Below are positions 58,987 through 64,000 of a DNA stretch of 64,000 nucleotides, one piece after another (positions within the stretch are counted from its first letter, which is position 1; the number at the start of each line of letters is the position of its first letter). The stretch lies in contig CAZHQK010000180.1 of NCBI GenBank assembly GCA_964534795.1, positions 4,395-68,394 of the forward strand. Direction: 5' to 3'. The notes under the pieces are model-generated. The model searched no databases, had not been told where the DNA came from, and was given only the letters and a program-made list of their open reading frames with translations. Origin of the DNA: an uncultured Acidobacteriota bacterium (GTDB lineage: Bacteria; Acidobacteriota; UBA6911). The translations under genes and the position numbers were made by a program.

Positions 58987-61752
58987 CTAGCTCTCATCCC
59001 TCCCGCGCAGAATCACGGTCACCGCCCTTTCCCGGTCGAAGACGCGCTTCGCGACCTCCGGCAGATCCTCCTGCATGACCTCCTGCAGCCGGTCGAGCCA
59101 GCCGGTGAAATCCTCGAGTCCCCGGCCGGCCAGCACCGTCCGCACCAGGTGCCGGAACTGCTGCACCCGCAGCTGGCGCGCGATTTCGAAGCGGCCTGCC
59201 GCTGCCTGGCGCGCCGCGCGGAAATCCCTGTACGACATCTCCCCGCTCGCCCGGCGGGCGATCACCTCGGCGAGCGCCTGCACCAGCTTTTCGGTGTCGG
59301 CCGCCGGGCCCGTGCTGCAGACCGTTATGGCCCCGCCGCGCAAGCCCGCATCGCTCGACACCGAGAACGAATAGGCGCGGCCCTGCTTTGCGCCGACCGC
59401 GGCGAAGTACTCGCGCGCCGCTCCCGCCAGGTGCTCCGCGAGCACAGCCAGCGGATACCAGCCCTCGTCGCCGAAGGGAGGCGCCTGGAATGCCGCCGCC
59501 ACGAGGGTGCGCGGGCCGCCCCAGATCCGGTCGCTCGTGATCGTCTTCTCCGGCGCCTGCGGGAAAGCCTCCGGCAGCCGGGCATCCTGGTAGCGCGAAC
59601 CGGAAAAGTTCTCGACGAAGTACTCGGCCAGGCTCGTCCCGCGCGTGTCCCCCATGATGACAACGACCGGCTTGCGGTAGCGGACCGTCCGGTCATACCA
59701 GGAGCGCACCGCTTCCGGCGTCAGGGAAGATACGCCGGCTTCCGTCCCCGGCCCCGGCAGCCCGTACGCATGCTCGCCGAACAACAGACGGTCGGTCTCG
59801 TTCTGCATCAAGGTTGCGACGTCGCTCTCCCGCTGCCGGATGGCGGCCAGCAGAATCTCTTTCCGCCTTGCGATCTCCTCGGCATCGAACCTGGGCGATT
59901 TGATGAGCCCGATCAGTTCGTCGAGCGCCGGCTCGACATTCGCGGATGAAACCGCGAGCTCGATCCCGAAGTAGTCCCGGTCCACGACCGGGGTCAAGCG
60001 GCCGCCGTAGATTTCGAGCTGGCGGTGCACGTCGCCGGCGCTCCGCTCGGTGGTGTCCCTCAGCATGGCGTGCAGCATCAAGGCGGTGATGCCGGAATCG
60101 GCCGCGCTTTCGAGCAGCTTGCCGCCGGCATAGTAGAACCCCAGATAGACGACCGGCTGCGTGTGGTCCTCGCGCACATAGAGATCGGGGCCGCGCAGAA
60201 TCGAGGCTTTGCGCCAGTCGTAGATCAGCTCGCTCGGTTTGAAACCCGCAGTCGGTTCCGGAATCTCGAAGGCCGGCCTGGTCTCCTTCTCCCTCTCGGC
60301 CAGTTCCTGCGCCGTCGAGGATTCCAGCAGGCCGCGCAACAGCTCCTGAATGCCCTCGGAGGTCAGGTTTCTCTCCTCGTGGCCGAGCGGCAGACACTCC
60401 ACGAGCACGGCGTCCTCGAGGCCGAGATATCGCCGCGCCGCACGCTGGACGTCCTCGGCCTTCACCTTTCTCCAGCGGGCGGGGTAGGATCCCGGGCTGC
60501 TCTTCCACTCGCCGCGCAATTCCAGCGCCGCCAGCGCTCGGGCCTTCTGCGAAACGGTCTGCTGCCCTTCCCAGTAAGCCGTCTCGAGTCGCGCGACGGC
60601 GCGCGCCATCTCCTCAGGATCGGGTTTGGCCCGCCGGAGCAGTTCCAGCTCCGTGAAGGCGGCGATTTCGCAGCGATCCACATCCTTCGCATCCACCAGC
60701 ATCGCCAGGCTCAGGAGCCCGCGGTCGGCATAACCGAGCAGCCTCCCCCTGGCTTCGTAGATCACTTTCTTGCGATCCCGCAGCCGCCGATGCAACAGGG
60801 ATGCCTCGCCGTCGGCCAGCATGGCGCCGAGGATTTCCAGCGCCGCGTAGTCCGGCGACGACGTGCCCGGCGTACGGAAGCCGATCCATACCATCGGGAG
60901 CGCGATGTTCATCCGGGCCTGCTCATAGCGGAAACCGCCCGCGCCTGCCCCGCGGGACATGATGCGGCCCGCTGCGGGCGATTTTGCGCCCTTGCCGTAC
61001 AGTTGCACGACCTGGGCAAGCACCTCGGAGGTCGCGGCATCGCCCGCAATCACGAGCAGCGTGCGGCCCGGAGCGTAGTTCGTCCGGCGATACTCGCGCA
61101 GCCGTTCGTGAGTGATATCGTCCACGCCGGAAAAGGGAAACCCGGCCAGGCGCGCCAACGCGCCGTCCGGATAAGCCAGGGAAAGCACCCTCTCGTATGC
61201 GGCATCTTCCTTGGCGAGGATGCGCCGGCGCGCCTCTTCCGCAAAGCGCCCGCGCTCGCGCAGGAACTCGTCCGGGCTCCATTCCGGCCCGGCAAGCAGG
61301 GCGGCCTGGATCTCCATGGCCCTCTTCCACTGCGGGGCGGGCACAGTGATCTCGTAGCAGGTGCGGTCATAGTCCACCTCGGCCCGCAGTTCCCCGCCGA
61401 CCGCCTGGAGATCCTTAACCAGATCGCCCGTCAGCGATGCCGAAGAACGCTCCAGAATCATGTGCTGGAGCAGCCGGGAGATGCCTTCGAGACCTTCGGG
61501 CTCGTGGGCGAATCCCGATTGGAATACGGCGAGCAAAGAGACGACCGGCTGCGAGCGGGTTTCGAGCACGAGCACTCTGGTGCCGTCTTTCAGGACGGCG
61601 CGCACCACGGAACCGCTCTGCTCATAGGAAGCCAGCTGGGTCATGTAAGCGGCACGGGGCGTCGCCGGCCGCTGGGGACGCGCCTGCGGGAATGGGAATG
61701 CGGCGGGGGCTCCAAGCTGCGCCAGCATGACCAGCCAGATTCGGAAGTTCAT
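58987..61752 (-). CDS. secreted tandem M16 (pitrilysin/insulinase-like) peptidase-family protein
   Basis: About 920 aa with a signal peptide (MNFRIWLVMLAQLGAPAAF) and two Peptidase_M16 plus M16_C units. The HxxEH zinc motif appears degenerate (GFAHEPEG), so it is possibly non-catalytic. Confidence 0.65.
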   Translation of the reverse strand: MNFRIWLVMLAQLGAPAAFPFPQARPQRPATPRAAYMTQLASYEQSGSVVRAVLKDGTRVLVLETRSQPVVSLLAVFQSGFAHEPEGLEGISRLLQHMILERSSASLTGDLVKDLQAVGGELRAEVDYDRTCYEITVPAPQWKRAMEIQAALLAGPEWSPDEFLRERGRFAEEARRRILAKEDAAYERVLSLAYPDGALARLAGFPFSGVDDITHERLREYRRTNYAPGRTLLVIAGDAATSEVLAQVVQLYGKGAKSPAAGRIMSRGAGAGGFRYEQARMNIALPMVWIGFRTPGTSSPDYAALEILGAMLADGEASLLHRRLRDRKKVIYEARGRLLGYADRGLLSLAMLVDAKDVDRCEIAAFTELELLRRAKPDPEEMARAVARLETAYWEGQQTVSQKARALAALELRGEWKSSPGSYPARWRKVKAEDVQRAARRYLGLEDAVLVECLPLGHEERNLTSEGIQELLRGLLESSTAQELAEREKETRPAFEIPEPTAGFKPSELIYDWRKASILRGPDLYVREDHTQPVVYLGFYYAGGKLLESAADSGITALMLHAMLRDTTERSAGDVHRQLEIYGGRLTPVVDRDYFGIELAVSSANVEPALDELIGLIKSPRFDAEEIARRKEILLAAIRQRESDVATLMQNETDRLLFGEHAYGLPGPGTEAGVSSLTPEAVRSWYDRTVRYRKPVVVIMGDTRGTSLAEYFVENFSGSRYQDARLPEAFPQAPEKTITSDRIWGGPRTLVAAAFQAPPFGDEGWYPLAVLAEHLAGAAREYFAAVGAKQGRAYSFSVSSDAGLRGGAITVCSTGPAADTEKLVQALAEVIARRASGEMSYRDFRAARQAAAGRFEIARQLRVQQFRHLVRTVLAGRGLEDFTGWLDRLQEVMQEDLPEVAKRVFDRERAVTVILRGRDES

Positions 61753-61825
61753 CTCGGATCGTTCCGCCGCCAATTATAGCCTAATCGAGGAAATACCCGC
61801 CAAAAGGCCGCAGGCCGGACGCAAC

Positions 61826-63835
61826 TCAGCGCCGGGGGCTGCCGGCGCGATCGGCGTGCAGGCGCCCGCGGCCGGCGCCCGCATCTCCCCAATCCAGGCG
61901 GTAGATCCCTTCCGACTCCGTCCCGAGGAAAAACGAGTAAGGCCTTGTGGGGTCCGGTGTCAGGCACTGCACCGGAGATCGCAGTTCGGGCACGTCCAGC
62001 CTGAACCATTGGCGGCCGCCGTCCTCGGAAACCCAGATTCCGGCCAGGGTGCGATTGGCCGCCATCACCAGCGACCTTTGGGGCAGAGGGAAAACGACCG
62101 CGGGAACATGTCCGCCCGCACTCCCCAGGGGTACCTCGTGCCATCGATCGCCGCCGTCCTTCGATTCGTAGAGGCCCGCCGCCGTGCCGGCAAAAATGTG
62201 CCGCGCGTCCGTCGGGTCGACGGCAAGGCATTCGACCGGCGTGTCCGCGGGCAGCCCGGAATAAAGGATGTCCCACGTCGCTCCCGAGTCGGAGGAGCGG
62301 AGAAGGCCCATATGCGTGGCTGCAAAAACCACGTCGGGAGAGGCGGGCGAGAGAATGAGCGAGTAGACTCGCGGCAGCAGGCGGTATCCTGCAGGCCTCC
62401 GGAAATCGAGAGTCTCGGGCCGCGCGCGATAGATCCCCTGGCTCGTGCCTGCAAAGATCCAGCCGCTCCGCTCGTCCGCAACGAGATCGTAGACGGCGAG
62501 CCGCCCGATCGTTCCCGCAAGCTTCTGCCATTCCCGTGCGCCGGCCTTTTCCCGATACACTCCCTGCGGCGTGCCGAACAGCCTCCCCAGCCCGCCGGGC
62601 AGTGCCACGGCCGACAGGATGGCTGTTGCGGGATTGTCGCGGGAGGGGAGCGGAATCCACTCGTTGCGTTGCGCGTCGAACGAGAAAAAGCCGCCCTTGT
62701 CCCCGTCCGACAGCAATCCCGTCAGGGTGCGGCGATCGGGGCCGGGGACGGCAACGATGCGCGCGACGCGGCGCGCCGAGAAGCCGGTGTTCGAGGGAAT
62801 CCATGTCCTGCCGCCGTCGCCGCTGCGCAGCACCCCTTCTTCCTCGGTCCCGGCCAGGATCTTCCGGTTATCGCGTCGGTCGATATCGAGCGCATTGACC
62901 GTGAGCCGCCCGGAAGTCAGCCTGCGCCAGTTGAGCCCGTCATTGTCGCTGACGTACAGCCCTTCGGTGGTCCCGGCATAGACGCGCCGCGGGTTCACGG
63001 GATCGATACGCACGACCTGGGTGCGGATCACATAGGTGTCGCGCAGTACCCGCAGCCTCGTCCAGGAAGCGCCGCCGTCGACGGAACGATAGACCCCCGT
63101 GCATGCGCCCGCATAGGCGATCTTCTGGTTCGTTTCGTCGAAGACCAGGGAGAACAGGTCGGAATCGAACATCATGCCGCGGCTGTTTGCCGCCCATGTG
63201 CGCCCGAAGTCCCGCGAGCGGGATCCGAGCCGCCACGTCCCGACCAGCAGGACGTTGGAATCCTGGGGACCGATGGCAACCGACTCCACGTTGCGGAAGC
63301 CGCCCTCCGCCGGCTTCACCTCGCGCCATTCCGCGCCGCCGTCCTCGGTGACATAGACACCCGCGAGCGTACCCACCACCATGCGGTGCGGCGCCGATTT
63401 GCTGATCGCCAGGCTTCGGACGGCGACGTCCCCCCCGGGAAGGCGCGCGGCCGACCAATGCGCTCCCCCGTCCCGGGATTCGAAAAGTCCGCCCCCGTGC
63501 GAGCGCAGATCCCATGCCCCGGCATACAGGCGCCCGGGCTCTTCCGGATGCTCGACCAACGTGTCGACCGCCAGGTGCCGGCGCCCGATGCCCGGGTGGA
63601 GTGTCTTCCATGTGGCTCCGCCGTCGGCGGATTTGAGAATGCGCCCGTCGGCCGTGCCGAGGTACGCCGCGGCCGGCTCGTGCCGGCTGATGAGAATCGA
63701 GCGCACGCTGCCGCCGAACGGGCCGACGGCCTCGACCTTGACGGAGAATCCGGCGGCAGGGGAGGCGCTGCAGGGCCCGCGCGCCGCGCACAGCAGGAAC
63801 AGCAGCACCATGCTCGACGGGTATCTTGCATTCAT
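61826..63835 (-). CDS. secreted BNR/Asp-box repeat beta-propeller protein
   Basis: There are at least eight S/DxDGGxxW Asp-box repeats (DGGATW, DGGAHW, DGGAEW, DGGASW, DGGRTW, DSGATW, DGGDRW, DGGRQW) after a signal peptide. The start is roughly 63835, or GTG 63889. Confidence 0.7.
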   Translation of the reverse strand: MNARYPSSMVLLFLLCAARGPCSASPAAGFSVKVEAVGPFGGSVRSILISRHEPAAAYLGTADGRILKSADGGATWKTLHPGIGRRHLAVDTLVEHPEEPGRLYAGAWDLRSHGGGLFESRDGGAHWSAARLPGGDVAVRSLAISKSAPHRMVVGTLAGVYVTEDGGAEWREVKPAEGGFRNVESVAIGPQDSNVLLVGTWRLGSRSRDFGRTWAANSRGMMFDSDLFSLVFDETNQKIAYAGACTGVYRSVDGGASWTRLRVLRDTYVIRTQVVRIDPVNPRRVYAGTTEGLYVSDNDGLNWRRLTSGRLTVNALDIDRRDNRKILAGTEEEGVLRSGDGGRTWIPSNTGFSARRVARIVAVPGPDRRTLTGLLSDGDKGGFFSFDAQRNEWIPLPSRDNPATAILSAVALPGGLGRLFGTPQGVYREKAGAREWQKLAGTIGRLAVYDLVADERSGWIFAGTSQGIYRARPETLDFRRPAGYRLLPRVYSLILSPASPDVVFAATHMGLLRSSDSGATWDILYSGLPADTPVECLAVDPTDARHIFAGTAAGLYESKDGGDRWHEVPLGSAGGHVPAVVFPLPQRSLVMAANRTLAGIWVSEDGGRQWFRLDVPELRSPVQCLTPDPTRPYSFFLGTESEGIYRLDWGDAGAGRGRLHADRAGSPRR

Positions 63836-64000
63836 CCGAAATTCCCTGCGTGACGAAACAGGTGGTGGGCGGACCGTGGCGATGTGCACTGAACGGAAAG
63901 GGGGCGAAAGTCGCCTTTCGCCCCCCGGCCGGAAGCCTGTAGCCTGCGCCCGCGGCCTGCGCTAGCGGACGGAAAGTTCGACCTCGATCCGGCGGTTCTG

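Noticed and set aside
56557-59949. 1130-aa + strand ORF
   Set aside because: Antisense to the PP2C phosphatase and M16 peptidase genes, and low-complexity.
1-64000. CRISPR arrays, IS elements, integrases, rRNA or tRNA genes
   Set aside because: No direct-repeat/spacer periodicity, no transposase or integrase-like ORFs, no inverted terminal repeats, and no rRNA-like or cloverleaf segments in any intergenic gap. The repeats found are short intergenic elements without coding capacity.
63961-64000. Possible 3' end of a further minus-strand gene at the window edge
   Set aside because: It is only 40 nt (ending with a TAG complement at 63961..63963), too short to assess.

Overview
This is a high-GC (~65%) bacterial chromosome segment, almost certainly from a dissimilatory sulfate reducer. 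Its core (about 10.6-40.8 kb) holds the complete sulfate-reduction gene set. One strand carries marR-aprBA, a zinc-ribbon gene, ykgJ, dsrABD, dsrC and a dsrT-like gene followed by dsrMKJOP. Running divergently from an 870-bp AT-rich control region is qmoABC, followed immediately by a second, paralogous dsrJOP-like trio; this linkage is to my knowledge unusual. Further along are a CoADR-rhodanese fusion, a uroporphyrinogen methyltransferase (cobA/SUMT) and a CbiA/DsrN-type amidase that probably serve siroheme. Sat (ATP sulfurylase) is co-operonic with a second DsrMK-like (HdrED-like) pair. Flanking regions are housekeeping: peptide ABC transporter, HU, NifU-like, agmatinase, cell-wall amidase, threonine dehydratase; then Tat-exported SOD, cydAB, ribBA, plsC, ribE, rluB, scpAB, M50 protease, hemCD, dapF/M20, PGI/PMI, PP2C phosphatase, M16 peptidase and a BNR-repeat protein. 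I found no rRNA, tRNA, CRISPR or obvious mobile elements. Three non-coding repeats stand out. A 69-nt element with a near-identical 29-nt core lies upstream of both qmoA and sat. A ~150-nt element is duplicated just 3' of dsrC and of scpB. A tandem 47-nt hairpin element sits in the 590-bp leader of the cbiA/dsrN-like gene. Many long ORFs in the six-frame track are antisense artefacts of high GC and are listed as rejected.
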